Shown: positions 1-14,545 of the stretch, one piece after another
Position numbering within the stretch: the first letter of the stretch is position 1
Layout of the letters: each line of letters starts with the position of its first letter
Origin: Proteromonas lacertae
Lineage: Eukaryota
DNA: 64,000 nucleotides
Assembly (NCBI GenBank): GCA_002245135.1
Contig: NGBS01001161.1
Span: 62,001 to 126,000, forward strand
Direction of reading: 5' to 3'
Position numbers and translations under genes: made by a program
The notes under the pieces: model-generated
Seen by the model: the letters and a program-made list of their open reading frames with translations, nothing else
Told to the model about the DNA's origin: nothing
The model's database searches: none

Positions 1-994
1 ATATATACATCTTCTTGTGATAATATCAATGGTTTAAAATTAATAACACTTAACAATAATAATGATATTTGATTTATGATCATATTATGTAATAAATCTC
101 CATTTGGTAATAGATGAATTCTCTTCATATAATAATCACTTAATGAATAATGATATTCATTAAATATCTGTAATATATCAATACATTGCCTTATTGTATA
201 TCCACTCTTCTCTGTTATTACTGTCAATATTTGTAGTAATAAATATAAACAGTTTAAATCAGTTGATAATGACTTATATAACCATATCTATGTGTATGTT
301 TAGATAATAATAAATTATATATATATAAATATTATACTTGATATATTGCAGATATTTCATCTTTTTCTATATTCTTTAATGCATTTGTTTTTTCCAATAT
401 TTCTTTAGTTATTATAAATTGAGGTTTATATAATTCTTTTATCATTGTAATTATACTTGAAGTAAATTCTTCTGTTATTAATCCTGTGTAAAAGTTAGCT
501 GTTGGTTCAAATGATGATTTCTCTTCCATATCATACTTTGTTTCGATTCTACATATATAAAGTGTGGAATTGAGTAGATCGGTTTTCTCTTGACATATTA
601 AGTTGTAAATTTCAAACAGAAAGTCAGGACTCCAGTCAGATTTTGTTAATTCTCGATTTGGTAATATCCAATCCTTTAAATATAATCGAAAATGTTGGTA
701 ACTCTGATTATGCTCAAGATTACAACAATCTGATATATCCTGAATATAACCACGATAATCTAACTCCAACTTATCTGTTGCACTGCCTGGATAAGGCGAC
801 AACTTGCCATTTGAGCAACTACTTTTTGAGTCTGGTGTAGGGATGGTGTAATAATGCAACAGCTTTTGAAATCTGTTTTCTATATCACTAGTTTTCAAAA
901 GTGAATCATATTCTGTGTCTACAATATCATCTTCGATTTTTTGTAATAATTTAAGTATATCTTTATTACCAATATATGTCTGTAGGTTCGGCAT
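1..994 (-). CDS. Hypothetical protein, multi-exon, runs off the left edge
   Basis: ATG at 994 (MPNLQTYIG...), GT-AG intron near 289-337, coding continues to a donor near position 8; apparent 1-nt indel near 100. Confidence 0.6.
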
Positions 995-1143
995 TTTCAA
1001 AATCCCAAATAAGAAGAAATATACTCGTTTCAAAATGAATTTGTTTCAAAAATATATTCGTTTGAGAAATTAAAAACAAACGATATGTTTATTTTTTGTT
1101 GTATTACCAACAAAACAATTCATAAGATAGTTTAAAAAATTAG

Positions 1144-4100
1144 CTAAACCTCAAAAAATGGAAGTAATTTTGTGGTTAATTCTTTAATTTCTTTATTTTG
1201 CATTTTTAAATCCAATATTTTGTATAAAGATCTACATTTATAGATAATTAAATGTATACTGTTTTATTGATCTGAAATATATGATATTGTTTGAGAATAT
1301 TGAAGAATCGAGCGAAATTACTGTTAAAAGTAGTCTCAAACTCAATAATAAAATCTAAAGAAGAATATTAATGTAAAGTACATATTTAATACAATTTCAT
1401 TCTCATCTTTTATTTCATTACATATTATTTTCGTAATATCATTCTTATATTCTTCAGGAATTGATTTATTTCGAATTATTAAATTTAATAAAACCTGAAA
1501 TCCATATATTTTATTAAATCCATCATATTCAAATCTGGAAATAATAAAAGTCCAATAAAATGACGATAAATCTTCTCTATATTTTAAACATGTTAATATT
1601 ATCATATTCATTGTCTTTTCAAATAATGGAGTAGTAATTTCATTTGAAGTTTCACTTATCAATAAGTTGTAATCAAAATCACATATTGAACAATTCATGG
1701 ATGGATTATAAAACTTTATTATTTCATTTATACATTCTTTTATTGGCGTTTTAGTGTTTAAAAGATATAACAACAAATAGATTATGTTGTTGCTTTTATT
1801 TGGTTTTGTAATTACCATTTTCGTTCGCATTTATTTCCACTATCCTTTCTTTTTTCTGAATAAAATATTCAATATTAATATCTTTACATATTAAATAACT
1901 AATTGTATCACTTAATCCCATATGCAATAAAATGATTGGATCATTCTGTTCCATTGAAACAGATGGTATATTTAATGAAATAATGAGTGGTGTAAGTATG
2001 ATCTTTCTTATTTCCTTTACTTCATTTGGATGATTCAACATACTATTCAATAGAATGAAAATAAGTGAACGAATAACAGCAACATTTGAATCAAAAGGAT
2101 TTGAATCAGTTAATGTATCAGGAATATATAAATACTGCAGAAAACGATTATAATAATGAATAATTATTGGTAAAAAGTATGTATATGGAAGTCTACTCAG
2201 GATTTCACATGCTTGTTGCTTTAACTATACAAATGTAAATAATACAAATGGTAAATATACTTCCTTAATTTCTACTTCAGCAAATATATGATCCCAAAGT
2301 AATAAAATCATTTGTTTTTCGTTGTAACTTTTATCATTTATATTTAATGTAGATCTATCTAATAAAAAGTAATAATTTTCATTCTCTTCCAATAATTCAT
2401 CAAAACATTCATTTGGCATTATCTTTAATAACAATAAGGGTGCTAGTCTGTAAAATAATATTGATTCAGATTCGATATATGTTTGCGTCTTTTCATATAA
2501 GTATTTCTGTAATGATTGATTGATATTTGGAATGATTGAATGAAAAACTAATGCAATTTTATCTTTTACTATTTATATATATAAAAAAGATATATCATAT
2601 ATATATATATACGATTATTAAATAATTGAATAAATATTTCACTTTTTGGATCAGATTGAAACTTCCTGAATAATATCAATATAATCTCTTTCCACATATC
2701 ATTAGTATATGCTTTTGTTCCATTTCTGATTGATTCTATTAATATATTGATATTATTATTTGATAATTGTTTCATCTCATTCTCTGATTGTGACTTAATA
2801 ATATCTGATGGAGTTTGTATTACAGGTGTACTAAAAACAATAAATATAAATGTATATATTATATACTTTGATATATTCCCATTATTATGTATAAAATCAA
2901 ACATATATTCAAATGTCCTTTCATAATTCTATTAAATAGATAAACAAAATAAAAAAAAATGTACATTACTGTCTCTAATCAATATACTCAATACATTTTC
3001 AATTGAATTTTTATTCGTTTTATTATTATATAATAATTTCAGTATATATGGCAAAGTTAATAAACTATCACAATATTTGAATAATTTACTACTTTCTATT
3101 CTAACTTGTAACACATTATCAAATATATATGGCAGTATTTCAGTGATTATATTTGTTCTTAAAATATCATAGTTTTTATTTCCATATATTAGTTTCAATA
3201 CTGTATATAATATATCAATGCTATTCCTTTTTTTATTGATATTTTCATCATCATGTAACAATAAATATAACTCTTTTAAGAATTGTTCATGTTCAATAGC
3301 ATATTTAGCAATAAAATTACTCATTAAATTCGATACTTGATCTTTCTTATCTAATAAATCCATAAAACTACTAGTAATATCAGATGATATATTCATGGGC
3401 TGTTTATAACATGATATGTTTAGTAATGCTATTGCTATTGATTGAACAGATTCATTTGGATGTAAGATATAATTGGTTGAAATTGTCAATAAAGCTTGAG
3501 CATGGTTTGAGACTATTTCATCCACTTTTTCTATTGTAATAACTGTGCTTAATATTGAACTTAATTTACATGCTAATACTTCACAATGATAATTTATATC
3601 ATCTTCACTCATATCTTCCTGTAACATCACTTTGGGATGGAAATCCTTCATTTTATTAATTAGATCTACTGTATCTTCGTATATGCTGCTATTATTGTTT
3701 ACTTTTCCTTCTTTTTTGTTTAATATGCGTATATCATTTGGATGAATAATATACTCAATATGCTGTTGAGTTAATAACATATACTCTTCAGTTATACTTT
3801 CAATATTCTCTTTACATTTCTTTACATCATTATTCACTGTACTACTATCAATACCATCTCTTTCGTTATTCAATAATATTCCATTCAATACTTTCAACTG
3901 ACTTTGCAATTTGATATAAATATCTTCATATTTCTTATTATGGGCTAAATACATTTGTGTAGATGAAATGTATAAATGACTTCTTAATTCGTTTAATCTA
4001 CATAATATTACAATTAATATATATATATATATATATACTGTGTATTTGTACTTGATTCCATGTATCTATTATACAATTCCACCACTTTAATAATATCTTC

Positions 4101-4892
4101 TCTTCTTAACCAAATTTCATTTTTATTCTTTTTTACACATAAAATATATAACAATTCATAAAATAAATAAAACGATTCTATTGATATTATGGTTGGATAT
4201 AATTTATTATTCTCATAACGGCTATAATTCTTCATATTACTGTATAATAGTGGAAGTATTTCATTACTTATTTCATTCAAATATGTATGAAGAATATTTT
4301 CTTTGATTATATCATTATTATTCTTCGTATATATCAATAAACCACGAAATAATCTCAATACTGACAATAGATATTTTCTAATTTAATTAAAATGGTATAA
4401 TATACTGCGTATGAGGTGTAAAAGAGTTAATTGACCAAATTTTGAATGATTCATCATTTGGTTCTAACAACAATACTGTAAGAATAATAATTCTAACATA
4501 TTTATCAGAATTCTATAACATATAATGATTATATCCAATTATACTGAAGAAAATGAACTAATTGTGTCAATAACACTGTCAAGAATAGATGAAATACCAG
4601 AATTATCAGAATATCGCTTTAATGATTGAATGGCATCAACAATAGTTTTGTTTCTACCTGTAGAGTCTTTCTTTATGTCAATCTTCTTTAACGATGATAT
4701 TTTTCTATCGTAAATAAATAAATTCACTTACATATACATTGAAGAAGATAAATAGATAGATAAAATCTTACCAATGTGAATATTCTCTCTCTCTTTTAGT
4801 TCTATATTCTCATGCGGCAATGGTAATTCAACATCAATGTCTTTCTATAGATATTATTATCAAATAAATACTTTATTAAGAGATGTAATCAT
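1144..4892 (-). CDS. Large ARM/HEAT-repeat-like helical protein, ~10 short introns
   Basis: Chain of ORFs 4727 to 1342 joined by ~30-nt GT-AG introns; Leu/Ile-rich helices (ILFYRLAPLLLLKIMP, VRIESSKLF); stop TAG at 1144-1146. 5' end uncertain (ATG 4892 or 4739). Confidence 0.55.
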
Positions 4893-5050
4893 TTTAATCA
4901 ATCAAACGACATTCAAGCTTTTTATTTATATCCTTCTTTTCTCATAATCTAAGCTCTATTTTTATTAATTTTTACTATAAACAAATTATTTGTTGTTTTT
5001 ATTCCCCTCCCAAAGAAAAGAGTACAAAGTAATATGATTGTTATATAAGA

Positions 5051-7837
5051 TTAAGTAGATGTTGAAAAGCTCATTGGTCTTGCACGTATTTTATTAGGAG
5101 AAAATACATAACTCTAATAGAATATATAACTATTATATATACATTCATTAAATCTTGATTAAAAGCAAAATCATCTCCATCTTCATCAAATTTATCATTA
5201 TCTTCCTGTAATCTACCAGCTGCTGTTGAAGATACCAACTGAGCTATATAAGAAGTATCAATATATTTTGAGTAAAGCCTATTATTTCTAATCAACAATT
5301 CATCATTCTTTTCAGACTATAAATAATAAAATTATATAAAATTTTATAACAAATACAATTCCAGCAAATAATTGTGAATCTAATAAACCTCTGAAAAAAT
5401 ATATATCAGAATCTTGTACTACACCAAGTGGAGTTGATATTTCTACATGTTCATCATCATTTTGACTATATTATATAATTATTTATATTAATACATTTCA
5501 TCATAGTGTTTGTTTACTTTTTCAGCTGCATCATATAGCATTGTCATATAATCTCTTAATCTCTTTACTATTTTTAGAAAACATTCATTTCTTTCTATTT
5601 TAATATAATAATAATGATAATACTATTTTTATCTTCATTGTTAATATCCTTCATTAAATCTTCTAATGAAAATGATAATTCATTCATAAATGGTAGTTTA
5701 ACTGTATGATAATTACCATTTTGAATAGTAACTTTCTGTAGAGATGAATCTAAATCAATAATTACAAAATCATCATGATCTTTAAACAAAGATAATTCTT
5801 CATTTACACCAATAAATATATGAACAGGACTTTCAAATAGAAACAAATTATTACCATAAGGAATCAACGGAATTGCAGGATTTACCCATTGAAACGGATA
5901 TAATAACGATAAAAAATACAAAAAGTATCTTGTTAATTTATAAGAATCTTTACATATTAAAATAACATATTGTTCTGTTAATAAACATCCTAATGCTAAT
6001 AGTATATCACCAACTGACATAGTTTGAAACAATTCATATCCTTTAAATGATAATATTAAATCATGATAAACTACATCTTTTGGACCCTCAGATAGATGCA
6101 ATGTTAATTTTGGCCAACTGGGATGAAGTGATATTTGTATTGAATCTTTCTTACCATTTATATTGATACTACGATAGACTGACAGGATATTATTTGTTGA
6201 AACATCATTTACATTGCTATATCGAGTAGTAAGTGTGATTAAGATGGTTTCAATTACATAAGTAGCTGGTATTAATGTTGATTTTCTATATATTAAATAA
6301 TAATAATAATATATACAACGAATCATAAACATTCTGTCTATAATAACTAACTAAATGATTTAATACATCAAAATGGATAGTAAAAGCAGGTATAGATGAT
6401 AATATAATATAAGCCATAGGTATAATATAATATTTATTATCATTGTTATTATAATATATCTCATTACATATAGTACATATGCCATACTGTTTATCTGAGT
6501 TTACATTTGTCAACATGATTATATATTTCTCATCTGTTGGTTTTATATTCTGTTCTAATAGTTTAATGATTTTGTTTGGATCTGTACTTGGTATTTCTTT
6601 TGATTTTATTCCTTTTGTAAATACAAATCTACTTAATTCATCTGGTACAATGTTATCTTTAGGGTATTGAAATAATAGTTTTCCATTTAAATTCTTTTCT
6701 TTGTTATTATTGGTAAAGTTATTTATATCAACGCCTAACACTAGGAAAGTATCATAAAATGGAGATTCTGCAATAAATGTAGATTGTGATAAGGAAGAAT
6801 TAGCTCGAGGTAAATAATTCATTTTTCTTTTTTCTTCATTTTCTTTTAATGATAATGAGGGTATAGTACTTGAATTATATGACTTTAGATGTTGTGATTG
6901 TGGCTGTTTTAATGGAGGTGGTCTAACATTATTATTAGATGACGAAGATGATGATATTGGTGAAGATGATGAAGTTAATGATGATATAGATGAAGTAGGC
7001 TCATTTGTATTGGCAGTAGAATTAGTTGTTGTTGTTGTTGATATTGATGGTGTAGTAGATATAGTTGGAGAGGATGATGATAATGGAGTTATAACCGATT
7101 GAATATTGGAACTAATCGATATATTTTGTGATCTATTTAATATATCTTTATCTTTATGAATTACTAATGAAGAAGGTGAACCATTATTTGGTTTATTGTT
7201 ATTGATATCTTTTGGTGATGAATTTGAACCATTATTTAGAGTTGATGGACATTTATTAGGTGTAACTACATTAGTTAATGGAGTAGGACGTGGTGATTTT
7301 GATTTATCAAACCTTAGAGGAGTATAACTACGAGGTGAATCATAAGGAGAGGATGATGATGATAAATTTAACGAATTTGAATTTTGAGATACTAACTCAC
7401 CATTGGATGATATGGTTAAAGGATTGGATATATGTTTTGGCGTTCTGAAAGAAGGTTGATAACCACTAGAACTGGTTAAATGAATGTCTGATTTGGAATG
7501 ACTAACTGAAAGTGGTATATCTGATGATTTTTGGGATGGAATCACTGATTGAAGATATCTCTATTATGTTATTAGATATATGAATGATGTATACAAATCT
7601 GATTTTGAGATTTTTATATTTCTGTTGTAATGTAACATATTTTGTTTGAGTTTCATTAGCCATTCTTTGTATTTTATTATTTTCAGCTTTTAAAAATTCA
7701 TTTTCCTTCATTACTTGTGAAAGTTTAATGTTCAATTCTTCAATCTACCAACAGAGTAATATAAACAATACAATTTTATCTAAATTATCTGTACTCTGCG
7801 TATTTGACTCAAGGTATTTTCGATGGCCTTTAAACAT
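5051..7837 (-). CDS. DENN-domain protein (Rab GEF) with N-terminal coiled coil and Ser-rich linker
   Basis: uDENN/cDENN motifs FYDTFLVLG...LLFQYP...FVF, YGIC, LLTEQYVILIC...LLYPFQWVNPAIPLIP...ESPVHIFIGV; ATG 7837, TAA 5051. Confidence 0.85.
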
Positions 7838-8070
7838 GAATATATGGGGATTATTAGTTGGATGAGAACGTACAAACAAAACTATCTGTTTTTATATGAA
7901 TTGAGATTATTTTGAGAATGATAAGATATAAAATGAAATATATTTCGCAATATCTATAAGAAGAAAAAGAATTTAAATTTTTATTGAAAATCGTGCCCCA
8001 ATTTAAGTTTCGGTGACCAAAAAATGTCAAAAACAATTAAAAACTTATGTTATAGCCATTTAAATTAATT

Positions 8071-9846
8071 TTATGGTGTTGTTCCATCTAAACCATCTTC
8101 TTTACTCTCAGTACTACTTCTACTACCTTTAATTGAATCATTCTTTTGTTCAGCAGGTGTTGAGGTCACTGACTTATTTCTTACATTATTCTCTTCACTA
8201 TTTTGTGTTGAATTATCAATATCTGAATTAAGTGTATTTACACTCCTTTCTTTTGATAAAACCATATTATCTGTTTCTTCTTCTTCTTCTTCTTCTTCTT
8301 CTCCTGTTTCTTCAGGTAAACCTTCTGATTGTTCATCATAATCATCTTCTTCTTCTTCAGTTTTATCATCCTCTCTAATTGCTGTTAATTCACTTCTACT
8401 ACTACTCTTCGTTGATATCTTTTGTGATTTATTACTCTTTGAATTGATTGTAGTTGATGAAGATTTTACTCTTTCATCATTATCATCTTTTACAGATGAA
8501 GTGGTAGTAACAGAAAACATATCATCACCTTCAAACACTATTTCCTTTTCTTTTTCTTTTCTTATGTTATAAAGATATAACTGATTAAAAACATCTGCAA
8601 ATTCTGATGGAAGTATTTGATGTCCTAATTTATTAATGTAATACTTAATTCTCTATATACAATTAACAATTACATATACAGTAACTGAAGTTATTCTATT
8701 GATTTTATTTTTTATTATTGTTAATAATGTACATATAGCTTTGATAATTATTGCATAATCAAAATCTAATAAAACCAACTATATATAAATATATATAAAT
8801 GTATTAAGAAATAGAATACTTGATCCCATATAAATCTAGTTATTTCAATACTAAATGATTTAATACACATAAACTGAAAGAAATGAAGAAAATACTTATT
8901 TAAAATATCTTTTATCAATGTATTGTCGTCTGAATCCTAAAGCAACTATAATTTTTATAAACAAATACAAATGTATCAAAAAACCATAAAAACTTTTCAT
9001 CTTTCAATTCATCAAGAAATAACTGCGTTTGATCATAATCAATATTCCAATTAAATCTTTCATTGATTGACTCTAAATATTGATATATTATATTCATCTA
9101 TTAATTATACATAACTATATATATATATACATCAGCTGGTGATTTATAAAATACAGAACAAAGCAATATGGTAAAATATATCAACCTTTCTTCAACCAAT
9201 TTATTATTATTATCATTTTCATGAAGTGCAAAATAATTCTCAACAATTATGTAAATAGATAGACTCAATCCTGGAATACATTCTAATTGCATGAATTGTT
9301 CCTTTAGTATTTTGTTAATTGTTTTGAATAGACTTTTTGATTCATATGATTCTGTATTTATATCTATTATTGGTGGATCTTCAGTCTAATTATTTAACAA
9401 AGACATCTTATAAATAAATACTATTGTTGGATGAAAATACCATCTCCATATATGATTTCTGAAATAATTTGGTAGTATATCACCTATTAGATACCACAGT
9501 CTATTCAAATCAAAGTTTGATATTGATGATAAGATATCCATCAAATCATTATCTATTTCATTTGGTATTTTCTAATACGACAACATAATCTATATAAATA
9601 CAGATGCTATAATTTCCCAAACTTGCTCAACTGAAATAGTTGCAATAAACTCATTATATTGTTGAACAATATATTCATCAATAAGCTCTTTATCTAAATC
9701 TTTTACAGCTTTACCTGGACTATACACAAAGTACTGAATCTAAAAGAATGTATAAAATATTTTACTTGTTTATATAACTTATCATAAAAACATTCTAAAA
9801 CCAACGATAATTTCAATTTTTCAACTGAGTCTTTGGGGTTATTCAT
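8071..9846 (-). CDS. Hypothetical protein with acidic low-complexity C-terminus, multi-exon
   Basis: ATG 9846 (MNNPKDSVEKL), several ~30-nt GT-AG introns linking ORFs 9292, 9097 and 8538; no family recognised. Confidence 0.55.
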
Positions 9847-10006
9847 AATATTTAAATATATAACCGTTTCATGTCATTATTACCATTCATTTACATCAAA
9901 ATTTATCTCTTTATCTGCTTTACATTTTATATTTCATATTCAATACTCAATATATACAAATGCAAATAAACAATATTAAATCAAAAGAATTAAAAAATTA
10001 CTCACA

Positions 10007-11195
10007 CTATTTATCTTTAACCCACTCCATTCCATTTGGAGGGCTGATCTCTTTTTCATAATCTTTATCTTTAACTTCACTCCAGTTTGTGCTTAATACA
10101 GTACCACCTGAAGTTTGGAAGGATTTCATCATTGCTCTACGTGTATCTTCATTTGCATTTTTATACAATTGTTGGAAAAATTTATTCAATCCTTCTTCAC
10201 CTTCAGGTTTTTCTTCTTCCTCCTCTTTCTTTATTTCTTTCTCAATTGAGTCCCAGTCTCTTTTAGAAGCATAACTGGATGGATATTTTGGCTTTGATGT
10301 ATCTGCAACAGGTGGTCGTACTGCTGGTATAACTTGATCACTTTCTTCTAGTTTTGGCCACATCATTGGGTTTTGTTTTACTAATTTCATTTCAATTTTG
10401 GATGGTAAATATGTTATCTTCACTTCTTCATGCTTTATTGGTTCAAATAATTTAACATCCCATTTGTAAGGCTCATAACCACTTCCATCAACTGGTTTTA
10501 CAACAACATGAATACTTTTACTGTCAATATTTATTGTGAAATGCTCTTGAGGTATACCTTTTATTCCTAATAATGACACAACCATATTATCTGTTGTTTG
10601 ATAATAGTTATGTCTTAAAGGAATCATGTTTGATTTTGGTACTTCTGGCTTTGGCGCTTCTTGTGGTATTGGTTTAGGGATACTTGCTGTTTGTTGCACA
10701 GTTGGTTGAGAAGAAGGGGCTGGTGGAGGAGGATTTGTTTTTGATGTTTCATTACTGTCAGGAATTACAATTTCTTCATCTATGCATATTATTATATAAC
10801 TATAGCTGATAATATACTGTTAATTTCCACATCACATTTACGAATCCATTGTTCAACTTGTTTCTTGAGAGATCCTTTACCGTGGTTTTGTACAAAAATA
10901 AATGCTTTCTTGGCTGCTTCAAATTCGCCTAAGCCGAAACTTGCTTGTCTATTATGTAAAATGATAAATCATACCCTTTTCTAAAAAAAGCCATGGGATT
11001 AATTGGATTGATTTTAATTGCTTGGATAGCATCTTTGTATGCCTCTTCATATCGATCTAGCTTCATTCTGCAATTTGATCTTGCGATGTAAAACTCGATG
11101 TTTTGTTCCTTCTCTATAGCTTTTGTATACTCGGCTTCAGCATCTTCAAATAGTTCTTGGACGAACAAACTGTTACCCTCGTTATAAAATTCCAT
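10007..11195 (-). CDS. SGT1: SGT1 Hsp90 co-chaperone (TPR-CS-SGS)
   Basis: TPR N-terminus, CS domain (RHNYYQT), SGS motif LNKFFQQLYKNANEDTRRAMMKSFQTSGGTVLSTNW; two GT-AG introns. Confidence 0.95.
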
Positions 11196-11400
11196 TTAAG
11201 TAAAAAAGAAAAATCTCGAAAGTATATTGAAAAATTACACAAAATTACCTGTTTCAAAAAAATAGTCGTTTTGTATGAATGTAAAAAGAAAAATAAAGAG
11301 GACAATAAGCGTATTTACAACTGTTATGGAAAAAGAACATCATTATATTTACATTAAAATTGCCAAAGAGAAAAATTAAAACACACTTCAATAAATAATC

Positions 11401-12415
11401 TCATTCTAAAATCATTTCGGGATTGATACAAGGATTTACTAAGTCTCCATAATAAGCAGTAACCATTTTACATTTGTCTTTAACAATAGCTTCTTCAATT
11501 TCACATTTCATATCAGCACCACCAAATCTAGCCACTTGCATTGGATCACAATTCCTAGGACAACATAATATCACTTTATTAGTAATTTTCAATGATATTT
11601 CAAACAATTCTTTAATATTTAATCCACCTAAATTACTCATATCACAAATCTCTTTTTCACTATAATCTGGTCCTCCCCAAGGCGGTGCAATGAAAATAAC
11701 ATCAACATTATTAAACAGTGGTAATATCTTACGACAATCACCTTGTATACATTCTATTTTATTATCAACTTTATATATATTTGCATTATGTTTTAAATAT
11801 CTCAATTTTACAAAATCTATATCTATGGCTATAACATGGTCAAAAAACTTAGCAAACTGAATTGCATTACCTCCACAACCTGCAAAGCAATCAATAACAG
11901 TTAAACTATCAAAACGATAGAGGTTATAACATCTCCTAGCAATGTGTTTTGCTATACATTCAGGAGTAACAGAATACCAACCTTCAGAATCCATAAGTAT
12001 TCCTTCATCATATAAACTCCATAATCTGTATCTTTGAGCATAATATTTAGGCAATACATCATCAGGAGGAGGTGGAGTAATAGTATGGGTTGTTGAAATT
12101 TTCTTTGATTTTGATTTATTCTTTGATTTTGACTTTGATTTTCGTTTTTGTGTAGATTCTTGTTTTCCAAATGACAATGGAATACTCATTTCTTCCATAA
12201 GCTATAATTAATTACTATGAATTACATACTTTCGCTTGTTCCATAATTTCTTCCTCTTCTTCCGAATCACAATTATCTAAATAAAATTCTAATGCTTGCT
12301 CTCTTTTATCAACTTCTAAAATAATATATTCAATGAAAAAAACATACTATTACAGCTATTATTAATTAATTTGTTCAGTATTGAATTAATAAATTTATCA
12401 AGTTCAACCTGGTCT
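11401..12415 (-). CDS. TGS1: Trimethylguanosine synthase
   Basis: KYYAQRYRLWSLYDEGILMDSEGWYSVTPE, DCFAGCGGNAIQFA, IAPPWGGP; upstream exons present, start codon unresolved. Confidence 0.92.
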
Positions 12416-12569
12416 CTACATACATTTATAATTAAATATAATACATCAAATAAACTTTAACAAGAGAAAAAGACAATTTTAATATTTTGAAACGACTATT
12501 ATTTTAATAATTAAACAAATCTCTCTATAAACATTATTTTAAGCCAATTAAATAATTAATAAACTAAGA

Positions 12570-13464
12570 CTACACTTGTTGATTTGATGAAAACAGAGTT
12601 GTAACCAAATCATCAAATTGTTCACTTAAGGAATTTAATTCTTCTTGAATTTTAGCAATTGCTAATTGAGATTGTGTAAAATCAGGTGGTAGTTGCTGAT
12701 ATATATTTAATTGTTTCTTCAATAAATCTGTTTCTTTCTTTAAATTATACACTTCATTTGCTTTTGCTTTTATATATGGATGTCTTAATTCTTTTTTCAT
12801 TCCTTTGCCGACCAACTCATTTTCATATTTTTCTATTCTTTCTTGATATTGTTCTGATTTCTTTTGCATTTGCATTGTGGCTGATTTTAAATAATTTTCG
12901 TTTGTCTCTGGTGATTTTCTCTCGCTTCTATTTCATTCATGTGTCTAACTTGGTATGATTGCAATTTATTCAATGTTTCTTGAGTGTATTTGTAGTTTTT
13001 ATTATATTTTATCATTTTCTCTTTCAAATCACATAGGTTCAATACTAAATTAGAGTTTATAAGCATTAAACTATTGATTCTTTGTATATATTCAATTGAT
13101 GATGTTTTTGGTAAACCTAGACAATTTGCTGTTTCAACTAAATCATCAACAGCACTTCTCCCTCCTGACGATAAATTCTAGTTATTACGAATTATACAAT
13201 TAAAAATACTGAATAAGATAATCCCATTTTATTCAAATTATTCTCAAGAATATCTGATTCTACTCTGTACTGTTTTTCAAGTGTAGAGTATATTTTTATC
13301 ATATTTTTTGCATCTTCTGTTCTTATGACAATCTAAATGACAATAATTAATACTAATACTTGACTTGCTAGAGTTTTCATCATATCTTCATTCTCTGTTG
13401 TTGATGGTATGATTGGAGGCTCTAAACCTCTGTCATTATATAATTTTCTAATAACTTGGGTCAT
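12570..13464 (-). CDS. HAUS1: Augmin subunit HAUS1-like coiled-coil protein
   Basis: C-terminal LNIYQQLPPDFTQSQLAIAKIQEEL resembles the HAUS1 Y..L.P....A.......EL motif; LVETANCLGL segment; two introns and one apparent indel near 12920. Confidence 0.7.
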
Positions 13465-13649
13465 ATCTTCAGATTGACAATTTAAAAATTCAAAAAAATA
13501 CAAGCTTTCTATCAAGTCAAGCGATTATCAAGCAATCATTTAAGGGGGTAAAACAAAAAAGGAATAACAAATAGTATTTTTGTATACTCTGTTTTTAATA
13601 CATTTCATTAGGGCGTCTCTCCTTTTGAAGGTTAAATTGACTCGTCAAA

Positions 13650-14055
13650 AGTATATAAGATTGATGTAATGCATTTATTTAGTGAAACACATAGCTGCTT
13701 ACTTATTACTCGTACTTGGTGGAAAAGAACATCCAACTGTATCGATATCGTGATTTTATAACAATAGGAAGAAGATCTTAAGAAATTAATTGAATCTGTT
13801 GGTGGAGAATGTGATGCCGAACAAGCCAAGAAATTAGTAGCCTCATTAAAAGATAAGAATCTTGATGAACTTATCACAGCTGGAACTGAAAAATTAGCAG
13901 CAGTACCATCAGGAGGTGCTGCACCAGCTGGAGGAGCCGCCGCTGCTGGAGGAGATGCAGCTGCTGCTGATAAGAAAGAAGATAAGAAAGAGGAAGAAGA
14001 AGAAGAAGAAACAGGAAATGTTGGTGGTTTATTCGGTGATGATGAAGACTGGTAA
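13650..14055 (+). CDS. RPLP2: 60S acidic ribosomal protein P2 (missed by the ORF track)
   Basis: Spliced reading MKHIAAYLLLVLGGKEHPT/EEDLKKLIESVG...KEEEEEEETGNVGGLFGDDEDW*; introns 13651-13682 (splits A|TG) and 13739-13767; pyrimidine tract CTCTCCTTTT upstream. Confidence 0.95.
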
Positions 14056-14545
14056 ACTATTAAACAATAAGCAGCTTCATTTTATTTTTTGTTGGGTATT
14101 TTTTATTAATGAACAAATTAGAAGTGCATATTATATGCTTTAAATATCTATTATTGTTAAAGCAGTCATAAAAACAATTGAATGATGTTTATAAGATAGT
14201 TTTCTCATTCAATTAAGTATAATTCTTATTATTTTTATTGTGCATACATAACATACATTTTTTGGATAATATAATTAAAATATTAAAAAATAAAAAACAA
14301 AATTGTTTTATGGATTATATAACAAAACTAGTAGAAAACAAAGATGAAAAAATTGTATCTATGATTATATAATCATAATGATAATATATATCGCTAATAG
14401 ATATGGTTAGGCAACGAGTAACATAATTCATTAATATCTTTGAAGATGTGTTTTTTGTTTAATTTATTATTCTGTCAAATAAAACAATATTCTATAAAAT
14501 TCCATAAAAATACCATAATAATAATATATATATTATTTAATTAAC

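Noticed and set aside
4700..4775. Splice-generated in-frame TGA in the ARM gene (selenocysteine or readthrough)
   Set aside because: An alternative ATG at 4739 or a local indel explains it; no SECIS evidence.
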